A stretch of DNA of 63,925 nt, filler included, from Chlamydiia bacterium (GTDB taxonomy: Bacteria; Chlamydiota; Chlamydiia; Chlamydiales; FEN-1388): assembly GCA_903848235.1 (NCBI GenBank). It is 7 parts of 7 records of this genome, joined end to end, with 100 filler letters (N's around TTAATTAATTAA, not from the genome) between each part and the next. Parts side by side here need not be neighbours in the genome. Positions count along the whole stretch, not along the records: positions 49,222 to 55,905 come from CAINFV010000183.1; positions 56,006 to 63,925 come from CAINFV010000184.1; 5 more parts are not named here. One strand, given 5' to 3'. Below, one piece after another: positions 49,543 through 62,349 of the stretch (the first letter of the stretch is position 1; every line of letters starts with the position of its first letter). Under the pieces are notes generated by a model. It did no database searches. It had not been told where the DNA came from and saw nothing but the letters and a program-made list of their open reading frames with translations. A program made the translations under genes and the position numbers.

Positions 49543-50375
49543 ATAAGCCTGTCGAAAAATTTCGGCGGGGAGCTTTCAAACTTCATGGGAGCGCCAGTGA
49601 TGGGATGGGTGAACGACAGCAAGCGTGCATGAAGGCACAGCCTAAATGCATCTCTTTCTGTACCCCCATACTTCTTATCTCCGGCAAGAGGGTGTCCTGC
49701 ATGAGCTGCCTGAACGCGAATCTGATTTTTTTTGCCAGTCTCAAGCTCACAGTCAATAAGGGTATATACCTCTCCGACCTTCAGCACTGAAAAATGGGTC
49801 ACCGCCCGTTCTGCATCCTTAGCCCCCTTTGGCACCACCTGCATCTTCAGATATTTGTCTTCGACCAGATAGCTCTCCCACGTCCCGCTTTTGGAAAGGC
49901 ATCCTTCCACAACGGCTCTATAGACACGTTTGACGTGGCCCTGCTGCAACGCCTCTTTCAGCCGCCGAAATCCCTCTTCAGAAATCCCGAAGACCATCAG
50001 CCCCGAGGTATCCTGATCTAAGCGATGGACGACAGGAATCACCCTTCCTGGAAAGCGATGCTTAAGCCACGCATGGACACTTGGCTCTTCGCCGGTATCT
50101 TTGGCAACACTCAGCAAGCCGCTTGGCTTTTCTACAACGATGATATCCCTATCCTCATAGTGAATGCGAAGCGGACCTTCTTTTGGTAGGGGCTTTGACG
50201 CCAGCTCAATGGTCACCTTTGGCCCCACTTTTGTGTCTGTACGCGTCACACGATGGCCATTGACCAATATGCGTCCATGAGACACCCATGATCTGAGCGT
50301 AGAACGCGAACTATCCGGAAAGGCCTGTATCAGGTGTTCAAAAAGCGACCCCTCGCTCGTGGTTGTATACTGCAC
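49521..50375 (-). CDS. RluA/RluD-family pseudouridine synthase
   Basis: S4-like N-terminus, KPSGL, HRLDQDTSG, TGKKNQIR, GDKKYG, LHA. Confidence 0.93.
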   Translation of the reverse strand: MQYTTTSEGSLFEHLIQAFPDSSRSTLRSWVSHGRILVNGHRVTRTDTKVGPKVTIELASKPLPKEGPLRIHYEDRDIIVVEKPSGLLSVAKDTGEEPSVHAWLKHRFPGRVIPVVHRLDQDTSGLMVFGISEEGFRRLKEALQQGHVKRVYRAVVEGCLSKSGTWESYLVEDKYLKMQVVPKGAKDAERAVTHFSVLKVGEVYTLIDCELETGKKNQIRVQAAHAGHPLAGDKKYGGTERDAFRLCLHARLLSFTHPITGAPMKFESSPPKFFDRLIWKKSSQ

Positions 50376-50430
50376 TCTTCTTTTCCTTTGACGAAAACGA
50401 CCTGCACTGCTGATCGTAAATCTTAAATAG

Positions 50431-51816
<1,386 letters not shown>

Positions 51817-51868
51817 CGCGCACGCCCATGATAGGGAGCAGGATAGGCTCCTGCTCCATAGGAGCCTG

Positions 51869-53560
51869 CTATTCAAGAATAGCAGACTCCTTCGTCGCCT
51901 GCGAAATGACAGACACCGGCTTCATAATAGGAAGCGCCAATGAAGAAGGGTATTTCTTCGATGAATGGATGGTAAATGCCATCCCCTTGTCCTCTTCAGG
52001 AGCAAAACAGACGTCGTAGGCAGGGTAATTAGAAGCGCTCAAGAGCAACCCTATGCGATGCCCCCGTGCAAAGACCATGCTCGTCGACCAAAGGTCTACG
52101 ATCACAAGACGAGGGTCTTTTGCATGCGATTCATAGGATCCTCGCGGCATGACATGGGAGATTCCTTCCGCAATCAGATACATCTCTCCTGATGGCCACA
52201 CATCGAGAAGACGCAGGCAGACATCACGCTCATGCTCGACATCAGCTAAGTACATGTTCGCCCATAAACGCCCTGTCACCTCAACATCTTCCTTCAATTC
52301 TTCAGTCATAAAGACAGCAACATCTTTTCTTTCTGTTAATACCTTCAGATCACGTGGTCCATCAGGCATGAAGAGATTGCGTCCACCAATCGTTGGAACG
52401 GGATTTTTTGTGTCAAAAGCAACAGAAAAGGGCTTGCAATCCCCCTCTTTTGGGGAGAGCTGTCCTTCAGACGAGAGGAAAAAGCGGTTGTATTCCGCCC
52501 CTAGCGGTGGCCATGAGTCAGCCGTCCGCCAGCAGTTTCCCTTCGAAGAACTGCCATCAAAAGGCCCCATGACATAGTACTGGACAACAGGGGCTGTTGT
52601 CACCTCGTTCTTCGCTCCCTTCACATGATGGTCTAGCCATATCTGATGGGTGATATTCACTGGAGGCGCTGACTGCTCACTCTTCAAGACAAAATCACCG
52701 AGCTTGCCAGTATAACGCCATCGATGGCCCCATGGGCCGATGACCAGCTTATGTTTTTGGCGAGCTTCAGGCTGAGAGTGCTGCTGAGCAGCAAAAAATG
52801 CGTCGATAGTCCCCTGAAGAAAGATGTCAAACCACCCCCCAACATGAAGCTGAGGAACGCGGATCTGGTCGGCATAGTCGATCGCATTAAAACGCCCCCA
52901 GAAAGCGTCGTATCGAGATTTTCCTTTCAGCCACTCTGTGACAGAGTGATGGCGTCGATGGAGCTGCAGCCATCCTTCGACCTGTTCTTTGCGAAATTCA
53001 CCACCTGGATAGATAGCATATTGATACATGCTAGGAGGAGCCATCTCGATGAATTGACAGCAAAGATTTGGAGGGGATGCTGGGGCGAGCAGAAACTCCG
53101 TGATACCACTAGCAGAGACGCCAATTGTCGATACAGACCCTTCACAGAAATCCGCCGATGAAAGCCACTGCACAGTGTCATAGCCATCTGCTGGACGATG
53201 ATCATCAGACCAGCCATCGGATATATATGGAATGGTCTTGCCGGTCTCATCGCAACATGAACGCGTAGACTGAACAACAAGGACATAACCGCCACTGACC
53301 AGGGAAAGCCACTGTGGGTCTACACAGTCCTTTCCTAGGGGATGGCGAACAAGGACGCAGGGAAATTTCGTGCCAGCTTTTCCACGAGGTAGATAGACAT
53401 TCGCTGGAAGATTAACCCCATCTCGCATCGCAATTTCGATCACTCGATCAGGAGGCGGTATCGCCGGCTGATCGGCACAGACGGATGCACATGCAAGAGC
53501 ACCCGACAGAAAAACGAATCGAAAAACTGGGGTAAAAAAGAAACAACCACGCATGAACAT
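51869..53560 (-). CDS. CocE/NonD-family serine hydrolase, exported (start uncertain)
   Basis: MRDGVNL, DGYDTVQW, GVSASG, GGWFDIF, IGPWGH, PVPTIGG, GHRI. Confidence 0.88.
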   Translation of the reverse strand: MFMRGCFFFTPVFRFVFLSGALACASVCADQPAIPPPDRVIEIAMRDGVNLPANVYLPRGKAGTKFPCVLVRHPLGKDCVDPQWLSLVSGGYVLVVQSTRSCCDETGKTIPYISDGWSDDHRPADGYDTVQWLSSADFCEGSVSTIGVSASGITEFLLAPASPPNLCCQFIEMAPPSMYQYAIYPGGEFRKEQVEGWLQLHRRHHSVTEWLKGKSRYDAFWGRFNAIDYADQIRVPQLHVGGWFDIFLQGTIDAFFAAQQHSQPEARQKHKLVIGPWGHRWRYTGKLGDFVLKSEQSAPPVNITHQIWLDHHVKGAKNEVTTAPVVQYYVMGPFDGSSSKGNCWRTADSWPPLGAEYNRFFLSSEGQLSPKEGDCKPFSVAFDTKNPVPTIGGRNLFMPDGPRDLKVLTERKDVAVFMTEELKEDVEVTGRLWANMYLADVEHERDVCLRLLDVWPSGEMYLIAEGISHVMPRGSYESHAKDPRLVIVDLWSTSMVFARGHRIGLLLSASNYPAYDVCFAPEEDKGMAFTIHSSKKYPSSLALPIMKPVSVISQATKESAILE

Positions 53561-53631
53561 AGTCGCTCTCGTTGTGCGGATAAAACCACCACCTACCATC
53601 ACGGCCGACATTTCGACAAACCCGTCTTTTC

Positions 53632-53940
53632 TTAGACGGCAGCAGGCTTTGTATTCAGACGTGCTGCAAGCCGAGACTTCAGGCGACTTGCCTTATTCAA
53701 TGTAAACAGCCCTTTCTTTGCTGCTTTGTCGAGAAGACTGCAAATCTCGCTGAACGATTCAGCTTTCTTCTCGGAGCCAAGAGCTGGAAGCTCTTCGCGG
53801 AAGTCGCGAACTTTCGTACGAATGCAGGAGCGAGCCGCTTTATTTCTGACTCGAGCCTTATCGTTCTGAAGCTGGCGTTTCTTCGCAGAAGAACGCTTTA
53901 CTTTCTTGCTCACTGCTTTCTCTTGGGCTGGATTCGCCAT
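53632..53940 (-). CDS. rpsT: 30S ribosomal protein S20
   Basis: SAKKRxxQN..RN, LDKAAKKG, NKASRLKSRL. Confidence 0.93.
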   Translation of the reverse strand: MANPAQEKAVSKKVKRSSAKKRQLQNDKARVRNKAARSCIRTKVRDFREELPALGSEKKAESFSEICSLLDKAAKKGLFTLNKASRLKSRLAARLNTKPAAV

Positions 53941-54216
53941 AACAAGATGATCCTCAACAACGTTACATCGGAAAAAAAGCTATGGCGAAAAAAGTGCCAG
54001 AGCCTCTGATGCTACAAAATTCTATTACACTGATAACACGTCACTCAAAACGATTCTTGTGAAGCATAATCATCAAAGTACTAAAAGTGTACGGAGGCTC
54101 ACAATTTTTTGCCATCTGTTTAGCGGGTATCACTCATCAAATGGTACCTATTCGACGCAATTCCCTCTAAACGAGTATACTAAGGAGGTAGAGGATCCAA
54201 TCAACCAGGAGAAGAC

Positions 54217-55239
54217 GTGAGCGCCATTGTTGCAAGAGCACCGGCAAAAGTCGTGATTTCAGGAGAACATTCGGTCGTGTACGGCATGCCGGCCATTGCC
54301 ATGGCTGTCAATCGTTTTGCCACAACAGAAATTAGTGCAAAAAAGGGTCTTGGAATTTTTTTCACCCTCTGCGATTTGCGAAAAACACTTCGTGTAACAG
54401 CCTCTACCATAAAGACAGTTCGAAATCAGGTGCTACATGCCTACCATCGCTTTATGAAAGGAGAGCTGTCCATCCGTGATGTTACGCATACTCCCGGCGA
54501 CATCTTTCAGTTTGCCTTAATGTCGTTTATCGACGCGTGCAAGATCGAAATAGAGCAGGGGATGAATATTAAAGTCCATTCTACAATCCCTATCGGCTGC
54601 GGCATGGGGTCATCGGCTGCAACGTCGGTGAGCTTTGTCAAAGCACTCCTTCATTATTTTCGTATCAGCCAAGGGGCAGAGTGGATAGAGCGGCAGATCT
54701 TAGAGGTAGAGAGCCTTCAGCACGGGAGGGCAAGCGGCGTTGACTCGTATGTCTCCCTCCATGGCGGCTGCATTCGCTTTCAAAAAGGCAGAGATCCTGA
54801 AAAGCTTGAGATGCCTTCTTCCACACTATGGATTGTCAATACAGGGCGTCCTGCGACTACGACAGGAGAATGTGTCGCCAAAGTTGAAAGCGGATATGCG
54901 ACAAGCTCAATTTGGAATGAGTTTGGAGACGTCACGGCGACTCTCGAAGAGGCTCTTCGAGTAGGAAGAACAGAAGCGCTCGCAGCAGCTATCAGAGAGA
55001 ACCATAAGCTTCTTCATCGCATTGGCGTTGTGCCAAAGTCGGTATCTTCGTTTATCAGTGATATAGAGCGTGACGGGGGAGCGGCAAAAATTTGTGGGGC
55101 CGGAGCGATACATGGGGAGGGTGGAGGAATTGTCCTTGTTGTTCAGCAGATGCCTCCTGAAAGGCTCTGCGCACGATATGGATATTCATTCTTTCCATTA
55201 GAAGGGGATTCAAGCGGTGCCACTGTCAATTGTCGCTAG
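54217..55239 (+). CDS. mvk: Mevalonate kinase (GHMP family)
   Basis: [46 protein letters not shown]. Confidence 0.85.
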   Translation: MSAIVARAPAKVVISGEHSVVYGMPAIAMAVNRFATTEISAKKGLGIFFTLCDLRKTLRVTASTIKTVRNQVLHAYHRFMKGELSIRDVTHTPGDIFQFALMSFIDACKIEIEQGMNIKVHSTIPIGCGMGSSAATSVSFVKALLHYFRISQGAEWIERQILEVESLQHGRASGVDSYVSLHGGCIRFQKGRDPEKLEMPSSTLWIVNTGRPATTTGECVAKVESGYATSSIWNEFGDVTATLEEALRVGRTEALAAAIRENHKLLHRIGVVPKSVSSFISDIERDGGAAKICGAGAIHGEGGGIVLVVQQMPPERLCARYGYSFFPLEGDSSGATVNCR

Positions 55240-55905
55240 TGCGCCAGGAAGCGCCATGCTCTTCGGAGAACACGCCGTCCTTCGTGGAGGCCCTGCTATC
55301 GTCGCTGCTATCGACTGCCGCCTGTCTGTTGCCCTCTCTTTCAGAGATGACGACAAAATCGTAGTGCAGTCGGCTCTTGGCACTGCCTCCACTACTATCC
55401 ATGATTGTACCTTTGGCAGCCGTTTTCGATTTATCGAAGGCGTCTTTCGCCTTCTACAGAACCGCCTGCCAAGCGGAGTCTCCATCACTATTACTTCCAA
55501 AATTGATCCAACCGTCGGTCTTGCGTCGTCAGCCTCTGTGACAGTAGCACTCCTTGCCGCCCTCACAACATGGATCGATGGTGCGTATGATCGCAAACAA
55601 CTTCTTCATGACTGCTGTACTGTCATCCGCTCTGTTCAAGGATATGGCTCTGGGGCCGATGCTGCGTCGATTATCTATGGAGGAGTTGTCAGCTATCAAG
55701 CTGAAGAGGCCGCGCTCACTCCTTTGGTGTCAGCGCTTCCGATTGTATTAATCTATTCTGGTAAAAAGACCCCCACACCAGAAGTCATCTCTTTTGTGAA
55801 TGCTCAAGAACAACGCTTGCCAGAGTTGTATAAAGCCATTTTTTCAGCCATTAATGAGGTCACTTGTGAGGCCATAGCGGCTCTGCGTACGGCAGACTAT
55901 GTGAA
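55217..55905 (+). CDS. Second GHMP kinase, probably phosphomevalonate kinase; 3' end cut by contig edge
   Basis: [40 protein letters not shown]; overlaps mvk. Confidence 0.75.
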
Positions 55906-56005
55906 NNNNNNNNNNNNNNNNNNNNNNNNNNNNNNNNNNNNNNNNNNNNTTAATTAATTAANNNNNNNNNNNNNNNNNNNNNNNNNNNNNNNNNNNNNNN
56001 NNNNN
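55906..56005. other. Artificial contig spacer
   Basis: N-run + TTAATTAATTAA + N-run. Confidence 0.98.
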
Positions 56006-56238
56006 GCAGGACGCACACAATCGCCAAGAAAAAAGGCAACTTCTGGTTTAGGATGAAGTTTTGCAATCTTTGCGTTCATAGCTCCAAGAATCGTGCTATT
56101 AAATGAACCGGACTCCCCTGGAGCCACTCTGCTATCACCGTAGACGACAAAACGGAACGCATATGCATGAGGCATATCGAAGACATAAATGCCGAAAAAC
56201 AATAGAAAAAAGTATTTGAAAACAAAAAATAGTCTCAT
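56006..56238 (-). CDS. Exported metallophosphoesterase, 5' part only
   Basis: Signal peptide, FRFVVYGDSR, P..AFFLGDCV calcineurin-like motifs. Confidence 0.75.
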
Positions 56239-56534
56239 TCAAGAGCCCCCTTTCGCGATCCTGTGCCACTGCTCTTTAGCATCGGCCTAGTTAGTCCGTC
56301 ACACACGCGACCCCCTTGTGTCATAAGGTCAAGTTTTTATGGAATAAAATTCTATACAGATTATGCGTTTCACTCATGACAAGGCCTGCACACTCTCTTC
56401 ATTGGCATTTTTTTATTTTTTCTTGTACGTCGCTCTTCTCATTTTATCCCCCCCTAGGCAAGAGAAGAATTTCTTCATTTCCATCATTGTCCGAAGTGCT
56501 GGTTTTCAACCTCTGACTTCAACATTTTCTATAG

Positions 56535-58036
<1,502 letters not shown>

Positions 58037-58037
<1 letters not shown>

Positions 58038-58450
58038 TGGCATGGGATTCAATGGTCCTAAAAATCGTCCTCCCCATGGAAATCCTCCTAGAACAAGAAG
58101 GGGTAACCAGGTTAGTGGTCGACACCACCAAAGGATCGGTGGGGTTCCTGCCGTTACGACTTGATTGCATCGCTCTGGTCGTTCCAGGAATCATCGCCTA
58201 CGAGCTGAAGGATGGGAAGGAACGATATGCGGCGGTCGATACTGGAATTCTCGTAAAATCGGGCTCATTAGTTAGGCTTGCCGTCCGCGATGGCGTTGTC
58301 GGAGAAGACTTAGAAGAGCTAAAGGGAATCATCGAAGACAAGTTCATAAAGCAAAGCGAAGAAGAGCAGCACATTCAGCGCATGCTGGCGAGGCTGGAAG
58401 GCACATTGATGATGCGAGCTACCGAAGGACTTATTCGTAGGCCGCACTAA
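58037..58450 (+). CDS. atpC: N-ATPase epsilon subunit
   Basis: GSVGFLPLRLD, VPGI, AVDTGILVK; position after atpD. Confidence 0.88.
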
Positions 58451-58558
58451 AGGGTCGTTTTTGGCACTATCGAGCATTGAGCTCTAAAAATATGTGCCTT
58501 TGGTATATTCCACCGGGGCAACTGCACATAAAGTTGCCTTCCAATGGGGAGATGGTGA

Positions 58559-58879
58559 GTGGACGATAACAAGGAGCGAGGGAAATTTTTAAGGGCCGTC
58601 GGCAACAAGGCGCGACGCATTATGCGCTTGAAGCGCACGAAGGAGATGTCTCTTTGGGGTGGGCTGAGCCAGATGGGATTGGTCGGCTGGTCCATTGCGG
58701 CCCCTTCTCTGCTAGGGCTGTTTCTGGGCTGGCTCATCGACAAGCGGCTGGACGGCGGGAATCGCGCTACCTTGTCGCTCTTTATCGTCGGCTTGGGATT
58801 TGGGTGCTTTAGCGTGCTGTCTTGGGCTTGCAGAGAGTACAAAGAAATGGATGAAAACGAAAAAGGAACCCATGAGTGA
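58559..58879 (+). CDS. atpQ: AtpQ (AtpZ/AtpI-family) accessory subunit
   Basis: GLxxMGLVGWSIAAP.LLG..LGW.ID; position in N-ATPase order. Confidence 0.85.
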   Translation: MDDNKERGKFLRAVGNKARRIMRLKRTKEMSLWGGLSQMGLVGWSIAAPSLLGLFLGWLIDKRLDGGNRATLSLFIVGLGFGCFSVLSWACREYKEMDENEKGTHE

Positions 58880-59156
58880 CGTCGGACAGATAGGTCTATC
58901 AGCACTTTTCGGAGTTCTCCTTGGCATGGTTTTTTTTGGAGGACTTTTCTGGACTGTTCAACGTGGATTGCAATCCCAGAGACCAGCCCTTACATTTGTT
59001 GTCAGCTACTTTGTGCGTATCTTTTTCGTGGCGATATGCTTTTGGTGGATGGCATCCCACCAATGGGGATCACTCCCCACCTGCCTATGCGCCTTGGTAG
59101 CTACTCGTTCTGTATTCACCAGATTGACAAGGAGAGGGCAACGCCATGGAGCATAG
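58872..59156 (+). CDS. atpR: AtpR, N-ATPase-specific membrane subunit
   Basis: G..LG..FFGGL.WTV and S...R motifs; between atpQ and atpB. Confidence 0.85.
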   Translation: MSDVGQIGLSALFGVLLGMVFFGGLFWTVQRGLQSQRPALTFVVSYFVRIFFVAICFWWMASHQWGSLPTCLCALVATRSVFTRLTRRGQRHGA

Positions 59157-59835
59157 CTCAGATATGATTGTGTTCTGGCAGTATGGCCTATTTCACATAA
59201 ACCTAACGATCGTCGAGACGTGGGGGGTCATCCTCTTTCTCGTTCTCGGCGCACGATGGGTTGGAAAACGGATGACATCCGACATTCACATTTCGAAATG
59301 GCAAGGGCTTCTTGAAATGCTTGTAATTGGCATCAAGGAACAGATCGAAGAAGCTGGCGTGCAGAAATCCGAAAAATTTATAGGGTTTTTGGGCACGCTC
59401 TTTTTATTTTTGACGGCTACAAATCTCTTTTGCATCTTGCCTGGCTATAGAGTACCGACAGGGTTACTTTCGACAACGGCTGCCCTGGCCTGTGCTGTCT
59501 TTTTATCGGTGATCTTCTTTGGAATTCGCGAACAGGGCGTGAAGGGCTATTTTCGGGAATACCTGCAGCCAGTCGCCCTTATGCTGCCCTTTCACATTGT
59601 CAGCGAGATCTCACGTACGATTGCGCTATCGATTCGGTTGTTTGGCAATATGATGAGCGGAGAGTTGATCGTAAGCATTTTGCTGACCGTTACGCCATTC
59701 TTCATCCCGGCAGTCATGACGGGGTTTGGCCTGCTCATAGGGATGATCCAGGCTTTTATTTTTACGGTGCTAGCAACGGTCTACATAGCCGCAGCTACCC
59801 AAATACATGAGAAAAAGGGAGAACAACATGGATAG
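59146..59835 (+). CDS. atpB: N-ATPase subunit a
   Basis: EISRTIALSIRLFGNMMSG with the essential Arg; QAFIFTVL. Confidence 0.93.
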   Translation: MEHSSDMIVFWQYGLFHINLTIVETWGVILFLVLGARWVGKRMTSDIHISKWQGLLEMLVIGIKEQIEEAGVQKSEKFIGFLGTLFLFLTATNLFCILPGYRVPTGLLSTTAALACAVFLSVIFFGIREQGVKGYFREYLQPVALMLPFHIVSEISRTIALSIRLFGNMMSGELIVSILLTVTPFFIPAVMTGFGLLIGMIQAFIFTVLATVYIAAATQIHEKKGEQHG

Positions 59836-60097
59836 CATGACTCTGATTGCGGTGATTTCCATTGCCATTGCAGGATTAACGATGGCCATCGGAAGTATAG
59901 CCCCAGCCCTTGGGGAGGGAAAGAGCATTTCGACGGCCCTGACGTCGATAGCCCAACAGCCGGATGAATCAAAAAATATCGCCCGGACGCTGTTTGTGGG
60001 ACTGGCTATGATTGAATCACTTGCCATTTACTGTTTTGTGGTGTCCATGATTCTCATCTACGCCAACCCATTTTGGAATTACATCATTTCTAAGTAG
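59828..60097 (+). CDS. atpE: N-ATPase subunit c
   Basis: PALGEG, AQQPD, LAMIESLAIY, ANPFW. Confidence 0.95.
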   Translation: MDSMTLIAVISIAIAGLTMAIGSIAPALGEGKSISTALTSIAQQPDESKNIARTLFVGLAMIESLAIYCFVVSMILIYANPFWNYIISK

Positions 60098-60106
60098 TGG
60101 TGACAT

Positions 60107-60844
60107 ATGTCCATCGACTGGTTTACGTTTGCGGCCCAACTGTTTAACTTTCTCCTTCTTGTATGGCTTCTGAGCAAATACCTCTTTAAGCCAATATTAA
60201 AGGTGGTTGAAGAGCGTGGTCAAAAAATTAAGAAAGATCTAGAAGACGCTGCCATGCGGGAGGAAGATGCCCGCAAGGAAAAAGCACTGCTTGCACAAAA
60301 CCAAGAAGCTTTTGAGAGGGAAAAGGGAAAGCTCCTCTCTCAAGCCATCGAGGAGGCCAAGCAAGAAAGGGAGAGGCTGATCGCAGCGGCAAGAGAAGAA
60401 TATGAGTCTGCACGGGCCTCTTTTCAAGAAGAGCTCAAAAAAGAGCGAGAAGCGGCGACTGCGGAGCTGCGGGACAACATAGAGAATGAAATCCTTGCCC
60501 TAGCACGGAAAGCGCTCGAGGAAGTAGCCCATACCTCACTTGAGGAACAGATTGCCGAGGTCTTTCTCCACAAGATGGGCACGGTGGATGCTGAGACGAA
60601 AACGGTGCTGATCTCTGACATGGCACGTAGTTCCCACCCAGTGGCCTTGAAAAGCGCTTTTGAGCTCCCCCCATCGGTCCGCCAGAACATTGAGAAACGG
60701 CTTCAAGAGATTTTGGGACAAGAGCTCACCTGCTCGTTTGAAATAAATCCGGCAGTGGTGTGCGGCATCGAGATGGTGACGGCAAACCGCAAAATAGAGT
60801 GGCATCTCTCCAAATATCTAGCATCCTTTCGGGCAACGCTATGA
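60107..60844 (+). CDS. atpF: N-ATPase subunit b with a delta-like C-terminal extension
   Basis: IDWFTFAAQLFNFLLLVWLL, long coiled coil, C-terminal SAFEL..GIE. Confidence 0.9.
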   Translation: MSIDWFTFAAQLFNFLLLVWLLSKYLFKPILKVVEERGQKIKKDLEDAAMREEDARKEKALLAQNQEAFEREKGKLLSQAIEEAKQERERLIAAAREEYESARASFQEELKKEREAATAELRDNIENEILALARKALEEVAHTSLEEQIAEVFLHKMGTVDAETKTVLISDMARSSHPVALKSAFELPPSVRQNIEKRLQEILGQELTCSFEINPAVVCGIEMVTANRKIEWHLSKYLASFRATL

Positions 60845-62349
60845 CTATATTACGAGATCTGTTTGCAGAAACTGTTCAAAAGATTGGCGATGCCAGAGAG
60901 GCATTCCATCTTGAGGTCACCCCTCGTGAGGTGGGAAAGATTACGAGCGTCTCTCCTGGCATTGTGAGGGCAAAAGGGTTGCCTCATGCTGGATACTCAG
61001 AGCTTGTTCGCCTTTCCGATACGCTGTATGGCCTCGTATTTAATATCGAGGCAAATGGCCTTGGCATCATCCCTCTTGGAGATTGCTCGACCCTCAAAGC
61101 CGGTGATGAAATCGAACGGACGGGACGGGTAATGGACGTTCCGGTAGGTCCAGGACTTCTTGGCAGGGTCATTAACCCGCTCGGAGAGCCGCTCGATGAC
61201 AAGGGGCCTGTAATCGCCGCCACACGATTACCCATTGAGCGCCCAGCCCACCCTATCATGGACAGAGCCCCTGTTGAAGTTCCTCTCCAAACAGGCATCA
61301 AGATCGTCGACGCCCTTGTCCCCGTTGGACGGGGACAGAGAGAGCTTATTCTCGGTGATCGCAAAACTGGAAAAACATCGATAGCCATCGACGCCATTCT
61401 CAATCAGCGCAATCAGAACGTGCTCTGTATCTACTGTGCCATTTCCCAACGTGCCGCATCAGTCGCCAAGGTTGTAAATCTGCTGAAGCAACATGGGGCG
61501 ATGGAGTACACGGTCGTCGTCGTGACGCAAGGCAATGACCCATGCGGGCTAAACTATATTGCCCCTTATGCGGCAACGAGCATTGGCGAATATTTTATGG
61601 AGCAAGGACGTGACGTCCTAATCGTCTATGACGATCTGATCCAACATGCCAATTATTATCGAGAGCTCTCATTGCTGCTCAAGCGCCCGCCGGGAAGAGC
61701 CGCCTTCCCAGGAGACATATTCTATGTCCATTCACGGCTTCTCGAGCGCGCTACCCATCTTCGGCCTGAATTAGGAGGAGGTTCTTTAACAGCACTCCCT
61801 ATCGTCGAAACACAGGCGCAAAATATTTCCGCTTATATCGCCACAAATTTGATATCGATCACTGATGGCCAAATTTTTCTCTCTCCAACGCTCTTTGCAC
61901 TTGGCAGTTTGCCAGCTGTCGACGTAGGAAAATCCGTGTCACGAGTGGGTGGAAAAGCGCAGCTGCCAGCGTATAGAAAAGTAGCTGGGCTGCTGAAACT
62001 GGCTTATGCTCAATCACTGGAGCTTGAGGAGTTCGCTCGGTTTGGTGCCCGAGTAGGAGAGCAGTCTTTGCAGATTATCGAACGCGGACGCCGTATTCGA
62101 GCCTGTCTGAGACAGGCAGAACTGTCCCCTGTCCCTACGTTCGATCAGATTGTTCTTCTTTTAGCTCTCTCTGAAGGCCTTCTCGATCCGATTCCTGTCG
62201 ATAAGATCTCTGAAGCTGAGCGAGCGATATGCAATCCTCATGTGATATCTGCTGAAATACGAGATTCCGTCGAAAAAACTGGACAACTGTCTGACTCGGA
62301 TAAAAAGAGCATTCTCAAATCAGTACAGAAGGTTTTGGCATCCGTATGA
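60841..62349 (+). CDS. atpA: N-ATPase alpha subunit
   Basis: GRGQRELILGDR.TGKT, YDDL, HSRLLER, ITDGQI, SVSRVGG. Confidence 0.95.
   Translation: MTILRDLFAETVQKIGDAREAFHLEVTPREVGKITSVSPGIVRAKGLPHAGYSELVRLSDTLYGLVFNIEANGLGIIPLGDCSTLKAGDEIERTGRVMDVPVGPGLLGRVINPLGEPLDDKGPVIAATRLPIERPAHPIMDRAPVEVPLQTGIKIVDALVPVGRGQRELILGDRKTGKTSIAIDAILNQRNQNVLCIYCAISQRAASVAKVVNLLKQHGAMEYTVVVVTQGNDPCGLNYIAPYAATSIGEYFMEQGRDVLIVYDDLIQHANYYRELSLLLKRPPGRAAFPGDIFYVHSRLLERATHLRPELGGGSLTALPIVETQAQNISAYIATNLISITDGQIFLSPTLFALGSLPAVDVGKSVSRVGGKAQLPAYRKVAGLLKLAYAQSLELEEFARFGARVGEQSLQIIERGRRIRACLRQAELSPVPTFDQIVLLLALSEGLLDPIPVDKISEAERAICNPHVISAEIRDSVEKTGQLSDSDKKSILKSVQKVLASV

Noticed and set aside
58447..58905. 152-aa minus-strand ORF inside the ATPase operon
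   Set aside because: It is antisense to atpQ, which has clear family motifs.
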